NCBI GenBank assembly: GCA_030141605.1
Contig: JAQGDQ010000174.1
Span: 124,001-188,000, forward strand
DNA length: 64,000 nt
Direction of reading: 5' to 3'
Source: Tubiluchus corallicola
Lineage: Eukaryota; Animalia; Priapulida
This document shows positions 11,766 to 64,000 of the stretch, one piece after another. Each line of letters begins with the position of its first letter. The first letter of the stretch is position 1. A model generated the notes under the pieces. It had not been told where the DNA came from. It did not search any database and was given only the letters and a program-made list of their open reading frames with translations. Position numbers and translations under genes: made by a program.

Positions 11766-14401
11766 ATGTCGGTTAAATTAATTTGTGCATTTCTGGTAAG
11801 TACAGCAGTTTTAGTAACAAATTTGCTTATTTTTTTCAGAATCACCGCAATTTATTTGAGATTATTCCATTACAAATAAGGCTGTGCTTCTGTTTAGCAT
11901 ACGATGTTAGAGAATTATTGTTTCTAAGTAAGAATTTACAGAGAAAATAGCAACGCAAGGTGCTTACTGAAGTTATTAAAAATAAAAATGATTTATCAGT
12001 GAAGTTTACCAATAATGTAAAACTTAGCTTCGGTCGTTAAATGGGCACATTGACTGTTTGTTGACAAAATTGGCAGAAGTGTGTTAGCAGCCCAATTCTG
12101 TTTTGCCTATTTAACTAGTTCTATGGATGAGCCTTAGTGTAATGATGAAAATATTAACTAGTAGTTTAATCCTAAGGTTTGCTTTTGTTTACAGCAATAG
12201 AAACAAACGCAACAAAGGAAAAGTAATCAATAATTTTATTTCTATATTAAAGCATAGAGTTAAGTGGACACTAACCTATATTGCTACACTCTAATTACTC
12301 TACGCACCAAATTGCATAACAGACTATTTTATGCACATTAAAGTATTTGGACGCTGGGACCAATTTCAGAAAGCTGTCGCTAAGATAACGACGTCGTTAG
12401 TGATATTTAAGTGAATGTAATAACGACGTTGTTAACTTAGTGACGGTTTTGTGAAGCGGACCCAAGTGTTGCTGTTGGAGTATTTTCGATTAAAAGTTTA
12501 TAGATAAAATACTTGATGAGTTTTGCCGTTTCAGATTTCTAGTATTATTGGAGTTTCAAGTAAAAGTCTTTACTTACACTCAGACTTCAGTCACGGTTAT
12601 GGACTCCGACCAAACCCACTCAACAGGTATCATCCTTTAAAGGATTCGCCATTCAACTTTAGTCCTGGTGAACATGGCGGTCCAGATCGAGATGCGACAG
12701 AACAAAAAGTCTGTGTGTTCACGCCACTGTACGGAACTGGAGGTGGTTACGGAGGCAGACGTTACAGCGTCCTTGATAGGTACCACGGACAGAAGGGATC
12801 ACCATTTGAGGGTAATCCTGGAGACCACAAATTCCCCACGGGATTCAGCTTACCATATGCGTAAGTATGCAGATCTTGAAAGCATTGATTAGTTCAAAAT
12901 GAAATTACAAAAATCATTTCATTGAAGCCATTATTGTCCCCGTTTGGTGACGTTTCGTTTTAATGAAGCCGATCATTTGACACCTTTTGTCACTTAACGA
13001 TGCACATTTCGCTTTAAATGTTTGCCTAAATATAGCATTAAAACAGCTCATACAGTGTTATTTTCTTCTAGAAGTGCACTAGTCATGTAAACAATGCTAC
13101 TCAAATATACCTTCACTCGATATAATCACCTTGGACAATAGGGCAGACCTAACTGCCCAGAGGTAGCTTTCCGTTAGGTTACCCTTCCTGTTAAAGATAA
13201 TGTAATACTTAGCTTCGGTCGTTAAATGTGCACATTGACTGTTTATTGAAAAAATTGGCAGAAGTGTGTTAGCAGCCCAATTTATATTCTGTTTGCCTAT
13301 TTAACTAGTTTTTGCAGTAAAATACCTGTAATGAATTCAAGTACCTATGTTAATGCGCTTTGGCAAAAGTTTGTCGATTCTGAAACTAATATAACGAATT
13401 TCGCAGAAGTCTTGAAATTAAGTAATAATTCAAATAATGATTTAAATACCCTTACGTTGTTAGAGCTTTTAACAGACACTATAAACAAACATGAGATCTC
13501 CAATGTACAAGGTCTGTAGTAACCTAAAATCACTAGACTTTACAAGGGCATTTTACGTAACCGAATTTTAAAAAAGAAATAAATTGTGGAGGTGACGTCA
13601 CTGACGTGACTTGCTCCAGATGACAGAAGAATGATGCTAGTCGGTTCTCAAATGGCCAAAAACCAATACATTAAAAATATCATGATCACACGTCGATGTG
13701 CTTTAATGAGAAACAAGAAACGCGGTATAAAAAACTATAGAAATAAGCTAGCAATTACTTAGGTGACAGCAGGTTGCAAGTATTTGGAAAATACAGCAAA
13801 GCAAAGCCAAACAAGGGTGACGGGTCACGTGGGAACATAGATCTCCATACCTGTGTAGTGAGTCCTGTGGGTTTCGTAACCCTAGCCCTCTGCGTGTGCA
13901 AGTTATTAAAGAAAGAAAACGGCGGAATAATAATAAATAATAAATAAATAAAAATAAAAACCGGGGTAAATCAAGAAGATTCTGCTGTAAGCAGAATCTT
14001 AATATAGAACTTGTACGTCCGCTACAATAATACTTAGTGGTTTAGTAACACCTGGCGGTACTGACATGGCACTAGCATCGCACTGTTTACTGGATTACTA
14101 ATGTGTTTATATTTCTTGAAGGCAGATTTCTTATATTTTAGAATTTTGGCTCCCCAATGTCTAAAATAGATTTAATGGGCATATGACCATAACACGTTAT
14201 GATTCGCTGGTTACTATTTCTAGGCCTTCGGACTTGGATTACATCGGTGTAGAAGAAGCTGATAAAATGGGTTATCGTCACAAAAGGTCTGCTGGATACG
14301 GACACGGCAATGGACATTCAGGGGGCTATTCTGGGGGTTACACACCGTTTCTTTTTTATTGTGCAACCACAACCACAACCACACCCGAGATGATGGGGTA
14401 G
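11766..14401 (+). CDS. Uncharacterised secreted Gly/His/Tyr-rich proprotein, paralog A; join(11766..11795,12535..12860,14224..14401), 177 aa
   Basis: Exon 1 MSVKLICAFL|gtaag; exon 2 cag|ISSIIGVSS...FSLPY-GC|gtaagt; exon 3 tag|G-PSDLDYIGV...RHKRSAGY...GGYTPFLFYCATTTTTTPEMMG*. Splice phases (0 and 2) are consistent and identical to paralog B. The N-terminus is hydrophobic and signal-like. Confidence 0.88.
12012..12120 (+). repeat. About 110-bp direct repeat, copy 1 (paralog A intron 1)
   Basis: ATAATGTAA-ACTTAGCTTCGGTCGTTAAATG...GCCTATTTAACTAGTT is nearly identical to 13197-13310. Confidence 0.9.
12354..12466. mobile_element. Short palindromic MITE-like element
   Basis: CTGGGACCAATTTCAGAAAGCTGTCGCTAAGATAACGAC...GTTGTTAACTTAGTGACGGTTTTGTGAAGCGGACCCA is an imperfect inverted repeat; a related half lies near 22690-22735. 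Confidence 0.6.
13197..13310 (+). repeat. About 110-bp direct repeat, copy 2 (paralog A intron 2)
   Basis: Near-identical to 12012-12120. Confidence 0.9.
13303..14003 (+). mobile_element. Probable Helentron-associated (HINE/DINE-1-like) element
   Basis: AATAA simple repeat followed by the terminal stem-loop AAGATTCTGCT-GTA-AGCAGAATCTT-AAT (13976-14003). The 5' boundary is uncertain. Confidence 0.5.
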
Positions 14402-16057
14402 TAAGGTTGTTGCTCTCCCTTTTTCATTTCTAAAATTTACAAATGCTTAATGTTGCATTAAGATCTTATTCTATTGCAGGAATTATTTATATTAACAAAA
14501 CATTGTAGTTTTCTTGTTTCTTTTGAGGATGAACGATTCTGTGATTAATTTATTATCAAATAATGTTTTATGACAATTCAATCTATGTTAGTAATAACAA
14601 TTAAACATGCTACTTATTTGTGATTGTTTTGAATGTACTTAGTATGTGAATTTGTGTACGTCATTGACGCCTATGTTAAACCACAATGATGAGTTCACGT
14701 ATGATAAAGTTATATGGCAAAAATGGTCTATTTGGGTTAAGGCGTGGTGCCAGTTATGTGTGTCTGACCGAGCTAGGTCGTCCTTGGTTATAATATACAC
14801 GTACAAGGTAAATGGCGGTACTTGCTAACTCGTTTTATATCATCATTTTAGTGAATGAAATACTGATTTTTTATGCAGTTCAACACTCTAAATAAACCGG
14901 TATATTCGTCATTTATACCGCGCCCGCAGCGTAACTTAACTCATTAGCTATTATAACTGATGATCCTAACGATTGACAGTCTGAGTGACAGAGGCAGCCT
15001 AACCACATCTCAGCACATGTTTATCCTCCCTCGACTACAGAAATGGCTGGGGCAGTATGGCAGATGAAAATCACAGAATGGACAAATTATTGGCGTCAAT
15101 TTATAAAGAAACTTTATCACTTAGAAATTTAAAATTTAAAAAACGACACAGAAGACTCTCACAGTGAAGATAATTTTAAGTTTCTTTTAAATTTTTGAAA
15201 CAATGACCCACTCTCGAATAGCCAGAAGAATGGCTAACGGCCAGTATTTAACTAATTCCGGGCCCTGGTTATGCAGATGTTCCGAAACCGCGGATTGGGT
15301 AAATCAGGATTAGTGGGATACCGTTTGGCTTCTTTAACTGTAAAACCATTTACACTAGAAGATCGCTTTTCCAAAGTTCCAAAACCCAAAAGACAAAACA
15401 TGATATTGAAAAATACCAGGTATTTACTCCTAAGACACTATATGTCTTTACAAGACAGGGTTTCCAAACTTAACTTAACTTTTGTGCCAGGTCCTATATG
15501 TATTCATTACAGACACTTGAAGAATTAATACTTCGTTTCTGTTGAGGCACCACAGAACCCAAGAAGGTCAATGTGTGAGAATATTTCTTGTGTTGTTGCG
15601 ATGAAACAACCTACTGTTACACGGCATAGTAGGTCTATGTCGTTCTCTTGACATGGGTATGCCGTAGAAATGAAATAGAAATAATTTGTCGCGTGTTCCG
15701 TATATTTAGCGCGAGGGCTAGTGTTAATCAAGTTGTATACTAAGCAATGCGTGGTTAAGCACAACTAGGCCTGGTGAATTTCATTTACTACACTACCTCG
15801 GCTTGTTACGAGATTCGTGGCAGATCAAAACCTCTGGGGCATTTACATCATATCAACAAATTAAAACCCACTACACACAAAAAACTCAAGTTCCCAACAC
15901 AAAAGATCAATAAAGTACCCAATTTCAATTACATACGTTTAGTATTTTACAAAAAACTACTTTGTAAATATTGTAAAAGTGTTAAATTTTCCACACTGTG
16001 TGAAATGAAATGTAAAGCCTTACATGCTTACGTAATTAATTACAGCCTCCCTTGTGC

Positions 16058-16290
16058 TTATCATTATCATTATCATTATCATTATCATTATCATTATCAT
16101 TATCATTATCATTATCATTATCATTATCATTATCATTATCATTATCATTATCATTATCATTATCATTATCATTATCATTATCATTATCATTATCATTATC
16201 ATTATCTTTATCATTATCATTATCATTATCATTATCATTATCATTATGATTATCATTATCATTATCATTATCATTATCATTATCATTATC

Positions 16291-16328
<38 letters not shown>
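16058..16328. repeat. (TTATCA)n hexamer microsatellite
   Basis: Direct reading; source of the spurious HY/MI/SL ORFs. Confidence 0.97.
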
Positions 16329-17144
16329 ATTGTAAATACTTTACAAAATTCCCTTCTGCCTTTCACGGTTAGGCTAGGCAACGTTACTGATCCATACAAA
16401 AATGGCCTCTCACTTTTAGTGATGGACGGATTATTTGTAACAGGATTACTTAGACTGTTGTATTCAAAAACATACTAAAATTTATAAAATGTGTGATATA
16501 GGTAGTTTCCTGCCGCTAGATGGCTCTACTCTGTTATGCATGATACTCTAAAGCATGATAGATGCACGAAGATACAGAAACTCCTGCAAGTTGCGACGCC
16601 ACACATTCTTTCGATATTGTCTGTTATTAGTATAGAAGCACTCAGTCTCTAACTACATTCCATATATGCCATGACTATATAAATCTAGCAAAAATCCTAG
16701 AATCTTGTAGGGTTCAAAATCAAAAAGATTCTCGTCTTTGCTGTTCAACTGGCTGGTAACAGACAAGCGCTGTAACTTACAAAGATGAATCTAATATGAT
16801 CTGTTTCACTATTTTTGTGATATTAAAATTACTGGACTTGCAGAATAGGCTTATTTTAGTCCATTGCCAAGTTTTGATCTTTTCTGCTATTTTGAAATAC
16901 TTGCTATAGTTGCTACAGCTACTGTAACACTCTGTTGCTATACTTGATTTTAAATGCTTTAGATTAGAATTGGGAATATTAGGCCCTTACTTGTTTGTAA
17001 ACTGTGCAAACTGTTTATTCGCATTAAACAATTTAGTTATTAATAATAATTAATATAGCAATTAATTTATTACTGAAATGGGCAAAATCGTCACTACAAG
17101 ATAGTGAGATTTTACTGTTGTAATTTAAGAACTTCAAGATTGGG

Positions 17145-17676
17145 TAGTGGTGGTTCGTAGTTAAAATTAGCGGGGGTGCCGCTTCAGAAAAATTTTAGCC
17201 AATGTTTTAATACTGTGTAAAACGAAACAAACGTATGTAATTTTAATATTGTAATTTTAAACAAACAAATACATACAGAAATTTACACGTAAATTTGATA
17301 CAATCCTAAACAAAAAAATTCTTTGCTTACGAATAGTCTAAATTGACGCAGTTCAAGAATATGCTGGTACACGGTTTTTAAGCACGTGACAACTGACAAA
17401 CTGCGTGAGCCACAGCACTTTCTCTACCTTACCTAGCAGACGCTAGCAGTACAGCGTACACCGTGTTGTCTCACACGTGTGCACATGGCCGCGTACGTCA
17501 GCGGAACACACCAGTTCGCTGGGCTGTGAAGCAAACAGTACTACCCTCAAGTGCTCTGGTCTTGCCTACAAGTATAAAGAAAGAACTAAAGAAACAAGAC
17601 TTATTATATTAGATATTATCGATAATACTGAGTGAAAATAGGGGGTGCTGCAGTTCCTATGCACGAGCCGCCACTG
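17145..17676. mobile_element. hAT-type non-autonomous element (MITE)
   Basis: TIRs TAGTGGTGGTTCGT / ACGAGCCGCCACTG with a perfect 8-bp TSD AGATTGGG (17137-17144 and 17677-17684). Confidence 0.85.
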
Positions 17677-18684
17677 AGATTGGGTCTGGCTTAACTCTCT
17701 TTTACTTCAAATTAGTGGAAAAAATACAAAATAAACAATTCACTATAATTTCTGTGGAAACCTATAACTGTTTACCTAACAGATTTAATGTTGGTAGTAA
17801 CTGTAGCGAAACGATTGTTAAAAGACTCTTTTATTCAGAATTTCACTTTCTCGAGTTATATAGAAATATGCATCGACCCGAATTGCAAGATTAAAAATCG
17901 AAACAGGTTAAGATCAAAAAGTACAATGAAATACTCCGTATTGTGTGTTAGCTGTCTATTACAAAAGTTCTTAATGTGAAATGTTCTGCGCTCATAGTAT
18001 TTACTGCATGCAACGATGTATGGAAACGTGTCTGAGTGAAAACTTTGCTATTACAACTTAAATTATACACAGCAATTGAAATCCGTCGATCAATCGTTGA
18101 TTTTCCTCAAAGCAAATTTACCACAAGGAAGAGAAAAACACGGAATTTAGTAATCCATGTAACGCGTTAGCATTCCAGGTAAAGCAATGCTGATAAGCAA
18201 TGCAGTTTGTACATAACAAAATAACATCACATTTCAGAACTTATACCTTACTAGGCAATGACTAGGGTCATAGGAACAAAATACGTAAAACAAAATAAAA
18301 GAAAACAAAAACCAAAATAGAAAAAAAACGAGAGTAAAAAACATGAAGAAAAACTGGATTCGTTATTAATGCGTATGAGGGGTCATGTGGGTAACTGATG
18401 GATGGCTGATGTTTGAGCTCAAGCTGCGTGTACAAGGTACATAGCCAATATATATGTTAGTTCCTTATATGTAAGCTTTGTGTCAACCGACACAGACCAC
18501 ATCAGCTCTGCGCCTTGTGGATTTGAATTACGAAAGACCGAATAAAAAGTCAATATTTCGCTTTAAAGCAAATAGCGACATTGTTCTCAAGTTTTAGCCA
18601 TTTTTATGCTCAACCACCAAATGGCGTTTTCTCTTTCTGTTTGTATTTCTGCTTTGATTAATTTCATGCGTCACTTTTGCACAT

Positions 18685-18718
18685 CTAAACTAATAGGTCA
18701 GTTATTTCGTATATAAAA
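18685..18718 (+). promoter_or_regulatory. Putative core promoter of paralog B: CTAAACTAATAGGTCA plus TATATAAAA
   Basis: Motif at 18685-18700, then 9 nt, then TATATAAAA at 18710-18718. Spacing matches paralog A. Confidence 0.6.
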
Positions 18719-18875
18719 CATGGTGTCATGAAATTCAATGGTTCTTAGCTGTTTTTAAAACGAGCGATGCACATGCGTGTGTGCTGTTAATTAGTTTTCA
18801 CTTTCTATGACAATCAAGGGTTGAGTTTGGTGTTTAAAGGAAACATCAGTAAATTTCTGTCAAAGCAGTTTAGCA

Positions 18876-21565
18876 ATGAGGCGCAACGTGCTCTTTATTT
18901 TGCTGGTAAGTGCACATTTTAGCATAATTTAGAAGTTTTTTGCTCGGTTAAAATTAATGAAGCGTATAATGTACAATTATGTTAATTTGGAGGTACGTGA
19001 CGAGCTGAAAGAGCCACAACGAGAGGGTTTTTTCCGCGCAAAATATAGGATCTTACCATTTTGTTTACTACGATGTATTTGCAAACTAGACTATGCTACA
19101 TTACATTATGCTAGATCTGATCAGATTATCTTAGATTAAGTTATGTTTGAAATTACTTATAGTAATTGTATCAGAAAATTACTCTCACTTCAGTGTGATT
19201 GCAGTGCTAGACAAACGTGTTTAGATTACGGCATCCTTTACTTTGATGTTATAGTTAGACGGCTCAGCCTACTTTCTATTTGTCAGGTTAAAAATTCTGA
19301 AAACAGACTACTGAATTAAAATGATACGCGTCTATTGAATGAATTGTTTTATAATTTTAATTTTAGTAATTTTATTTCTATTATTTTTTAATGATTGTAG
19401 TTTTAAATGTTCTTTTAATTACATTGTAAATGTTCTTTTTATTGTGTGTATATTTTTTTCTAATTTCTGAGCTATCGAAAAAAGAAAATCTAATCTAATG
19501 TAATACAACATAACCTAATCTAATCTAATTAATCTTATTGGTTCAGATTGTTATCAGTGTGGACCGTAGTCTCGATGCGCTACCTTCTTATCTAGAAAAC
19601 TAGAAAGCCAACAACATGACTTCTAAGGTAAACTTAATTATTGTTGCTATGTTTTTATAGGCGTCTGTAATAGCCAGTGTGTCATGTAAAAAAGGCGGTG
19701 GAAGCGGGCATGGAGTTCGACCAAATCCTCTTAACAGATATCACCCTCTGAAGAACTCGCCATACAATTTTAGTCCTGGCGAACATGGCGCTCCCGATGA
19801 AGATGCCACAGAACAAAAAGTCTGTGTGTTCACGCCACTGTACGGATCAGGAGGTGGTTATGGGGGTAGACGTTACAGTGTATTAGATAGGTACCACGGA
19901 CAGAAAGGGTCACCATTCGAAGGAAACCCTGGAGACCATAGCTTTCCGACAGATTTTAGCCTACCATATGCGTAAGTTTTTTCTACTTGAACGAATGTGC
20001 AAATTTGACATTTCTCATTGCCGGTGCTGACTTTCAGATGCTGAGGTCATGGACAATGGCATAGTGGATGTTGAGTTTACAGGCCCAGAGAAAGATCAAA
20101 CTTGCACATTTGTTTATGTAGTTCTTCGGTTTTCTTGCATGATAAAAACGCCAAAGGTTTTTTCGACGGCTTACCTCAAATCGCTATTCATCTGGAAGTT
20201 GTTCTCATTGTTGTTGGGGGGGGGGGGGATAATCTTTTGAAAAAAGTATGAGGCTCTGTGAAATCGCAAGTGGGTGCCGTTTCACGTGAATGTACTAGAA
20301 CGAATTCCGCATCGACTGATGGAGCAGAATTTTCAGATCGGCCATTCTAAATTGAAGAAGGCAGCCCTAACATAAGCTTTGGGGAAAAAAGCCTTAAGTT
20401 CCACCAATTTGCTCCGCATCGTCATGAAATATCATAGAATAAACATACCAGTATAAATTTTGCATTGATTGGCAGAGTCGGATTGTAGATATGCCATCCT
20501 GAATTTAAGACGGTAGCATTGACGTCATTTTTTAATCCACGATCTTGGGTTCAGTGAGTCCCTCGACCAATACTTTCAGTTGAACTTGTTTGTATTTCAT
20601 TTTTATGTATATTATTAATAGTAAATCATCGGAGGCCGTCTATTCGCCTGGCGTTAAAATATCATATTCAACGAAATAAATTGAATTGAATTGAAACCTT
20701 TATTTTAGAATTTCTTCCATATGCAAAACAGGAGTTAAAACACAAAAACAGCATTATACAAAGAATTACTAAAACACACTCCTATATACAGCACATACAA
20801 TCACCCACCCACCCCCTCGGAACATTTCGTTCGCATAGGCATTACATACAATAAAACATCAGTAGTTTAAAAGTAGTACTAAAAGCAAAAAGTAAATTGA
20901 AGGCAGCATAGAAACTATAAAAACAAGAGTACAAAGAATTTATCAACAATAACTTTTTGTAATTAATGCAGGTTAGAGTCAAAACCATTACGTTATTCAC
21001 AGCATTATTTTGCGGGAGCAGCTAATCGTTTTTAACTTTATCCTCCTTGAACTCGTCTTTGAATTATAAACCATATGAGTACCTGTCATACAAAGTAAAA
21101 AAAACTTGTACACCATAATTTTTTAAACATCAACTCAATCAAGCTTCAGTGAAATTATGAACCTCAGCGGACTATTTCAGAATCAACAGGTTTCGTGTAA
21201 GAAAGCCAAGTTTTACCTAAGTTACCAAAACCTCGTGTAAACAGCTCGTATAACTTTCCCCAAAATTTCCTGCTTGTACATTCAATCAGCAAAATTTCTC
21301 CTGTAAATAAATTTAAGCTGAATAATTAAAACGCAAGTCTGAAAACTACGTTTTTAAATAAACTAATTGTAACAATAACAGTCGCTATACATTTTATTGC
21401 AGGCCATCCAGCCTAAATTACGTTGGAGTTAATGGATTTAGTAGTGGAAACAATGGTCATGGTGGTGGATACAGAGGCAAAAGATCAGCTGGATATCAAA
21501 TGTCTGGAGGGTATACTCCATTTCTTCTGTATTGTGCTACAACAACACCAGATCCTGATGACTGA
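18876..21565 (+). CDS. Uncharacterised secreted Gly/His/Tyr-rich proprotein, paralog B; join(18876..18905,19661..19971,21403..21565), 167 aa
   Basis: Exon 1 MRRNVLFILL|gtaag; exon 2 tag|ASVIASVSCKKGGG...FSLPY-GC|gtaagt; exon 3 cag|G-PSSLNYVGV...RGKRSAGYQMSGGYTPFLLYCATTTPDPDD*. Core is 78/85 aa identical to paralog A with many synonymous changes. AATAAA at 21728. Confidence 0.88.
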
Positions 21566-23542
21566 GTCTGAACATTATTCTGCGCCGGAGTTAGTTAAAC
21601 GGGCCTAAATTTCCTCGAAGTTTCCTATTGAACGTTTTGTTATTTTCTAAACTGTTTAATTATAGATTTTATGATAAGTAATATGATGGTACATAGTATT
21701 TACACTTGTTATCATTTTAGTTATTAAAATAAAACCGTTTTTATGCATATCATGTCTCATTGTATTTTGATTTTAAAATTCAGCAGATAAATGAAGATAC
21801 TGAATGTCTTGACGAACTATATTTGCATAACCGAATTATTTTGATACTGCTTATGCAGGTAACTTTGCTAAACTTCCATTGTGAGAGTCCAAATTGTCAA
21901 ATGTTTGGATAAAAGAAGTTCAGCAATAAAGTGGCCACATACGAAGTGCCTGATCTTACCTAAAAGACTGCAGTTTTCAGTATCAAATACAGACAATAAA
22001 TGGCGAAGTTTGACAACGCACTTCGCTGTCACAGTACAGACGTTACAAAATTCATGCGCCAGCGTGGTGGTACGAAATCTCAGTAATAATTTAAATTTCA
22101 AACGCAGAGCGATTGTATAAAACCTATTCAAATTATTACAACAAAGCCACAAAATATTCCAGCACCCGCCTGGTGCCATCCTCATTTTGCAGTACAAAAT
22201 GTGTAGCTAGCAGAACCAGAAAGAAATGACATGGTTGAACTGTCACAACCAATATGCAAAAGCAAAATTTAGAGTTTACAGTAGCTGCAATAGACAGATG
22301 AAATATAGACATATAAGTCTGTATTGACTTCGAATTATTTTCCCTACTTTAACTAATTTAATAAGTTTTAATTTGACGAAAAATACGTTTTATATTGTGT
22401 AATATATCTATTTGTGAATATGGCAAATAAACGTATAAAGTTATAACTACATTGGAAAGACATCTAGACACTTTCTTGTAAGAGCGTGTGAACAGCTTGG
22501 GATATCTTGTCAAAACAGACAAAAAAGGAAAGCCTTCAACCTATTAAGATATTTTATCACATTGTTGGCTATGATCATCTTGCCATCAAACATGACTTTG
22601 GTGTCGTATTAAGGACTAACAGTGAGAGGTTTCTGTTAATTAAAAGGGGTTTATCGAACATATCTAAGTTATTACATTCACATAACAATTAATGACGACG
22701 TCGTTAACTTAGTAAGGGTTTGTGAAAATGGGATCTCCTCTGAACAATCAGGAAAAATCCAATTCCTTTAACTCTCATCACTTAAAACTTTCTTTTCATA
22801 TTTTGCTCGACAAGTAGCTCCACTTTTTACTGCATACAAATATATACTAAATCCTTGTAATTCTCAATATTTCTGCATACTGACAGTTTAACTATGTCAC
22901 TATTTTTTGGTTTTGCTAACTACATATTTTGAGCACTTGCAACTGGGCTGACACCAGACAGGTGTTGAAACGCGTTGTGGTTTTGTTTTCAATAATATGA
23001 ATGTGTTTTATACAATACAAAAAGCATACAATACATAAAACATATACAATATATATAAAATTTTGTTTTACGTTTGTTTATATGATGAACATATTAATGA
23101 AAGACACAAAATACGTGTGTACTAATGAAACTGATTAAATTACAGTTTCGTGAAATTCAAATTTTAAACTCTGGGATCTGGAAAATTATCAAAAAGCCTG
23201 GAGGATTTTTTCACGGTGTCAATAAATGTTTGCCAAGTAACCTGCGGTGAAACACGCAAGGCCAAGGGCTTCTTCCAACACGAGCCGCAAGGTTTCGCTC
23301 AAAAATCGGTTAATGTACTCTCACGGCATGTACGAAGCCAGCTGAGAAGCGAGTCCAGCCACTGAGATAGTGGCGCAGAATTTGCCAAGTTGAAGCATCA
23401 AAGTTATCATGTAGAGAGGTTACACACGTGATTGAAATCTGTTATATCGTGGCGAGTTTTTCCATTATTTGGAATAAGAAGCAGGAAGCTGCGTTATTCA
23501 ACAGTGCTTCAGCAGCTTGGCAAGCGTGAACAAGGAAATAGA

Positions 23543-63991
<40,449 letters not shown>

Positions 63992-64000
63992 GTATTTTAT

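Noticed and set aside
15774-16478. 234-aa His/Tyr-repeat ORF, tempting as a third His/Tyr-rich gene between the paralogs
   Set aside because: It is the translation of a (TTATCA)n microsatellite that is open in several frames on both strands; no signal peptide or splice support.
21423-21608. 61-aa ORF MELMDLVV...
   Set aside because: Wrong frame; the overlapping frame matches paralog A exon 3 and the splice phase.
23432-23542. Upstream extension of the hemicentin ORF from a TTG start
   Set aside because: The ORF track uses bacterial alternative starts; the ATG at 23543 directly precedes a signal peptide.

Overview
This is AT-rich eukaryotic DNA from an invertebrate animal (inferred from the GT-AG introns, microsatellites and transposon types), not prokaryotic sequence. 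Most ORF-track entries are microsatellite or low-complexity artefacts or single exons. (1) From 23543 to the window end lies the 5' part of a hemicentin gene on the + strand. I reconstructed 30 frame-consistent exons encoding a signal peptide, a VWA domain with MIDAS-like DTTGS, the hemicentin N-terminal region and 15 Ig domains; the gene continues past the window. (2) Just upstream are two tandem paralogous 3-exon genes (11766-14401, 177 aa; 18876-21565, 167 aa) that I do not recognise. They encode secreted Gly/His/Tyr/Pro-rich proproteins with a 92%-identical core, an internal repeat, a G-R-R site, an R-x-K-R furin site and exactly two mature cysteines, and they share an AGGTCA-TATA promoter module. 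(3) Transposon remnants include four TA-target MITEs, a TTAA-target (Kolobok-like) family, hAT and Harbinger MITEs, a nested solo LTR, LINE fragments and a Penelope-type hammerhead-like motif. The most striking structural oddity is a 40-bp tandem array made by amplifying a hemicentin exon/intron junction, giving 11 tandem donor copies, most reading AG|GTGAGA. All calls come from reading the sequence by eye; no searches were run.
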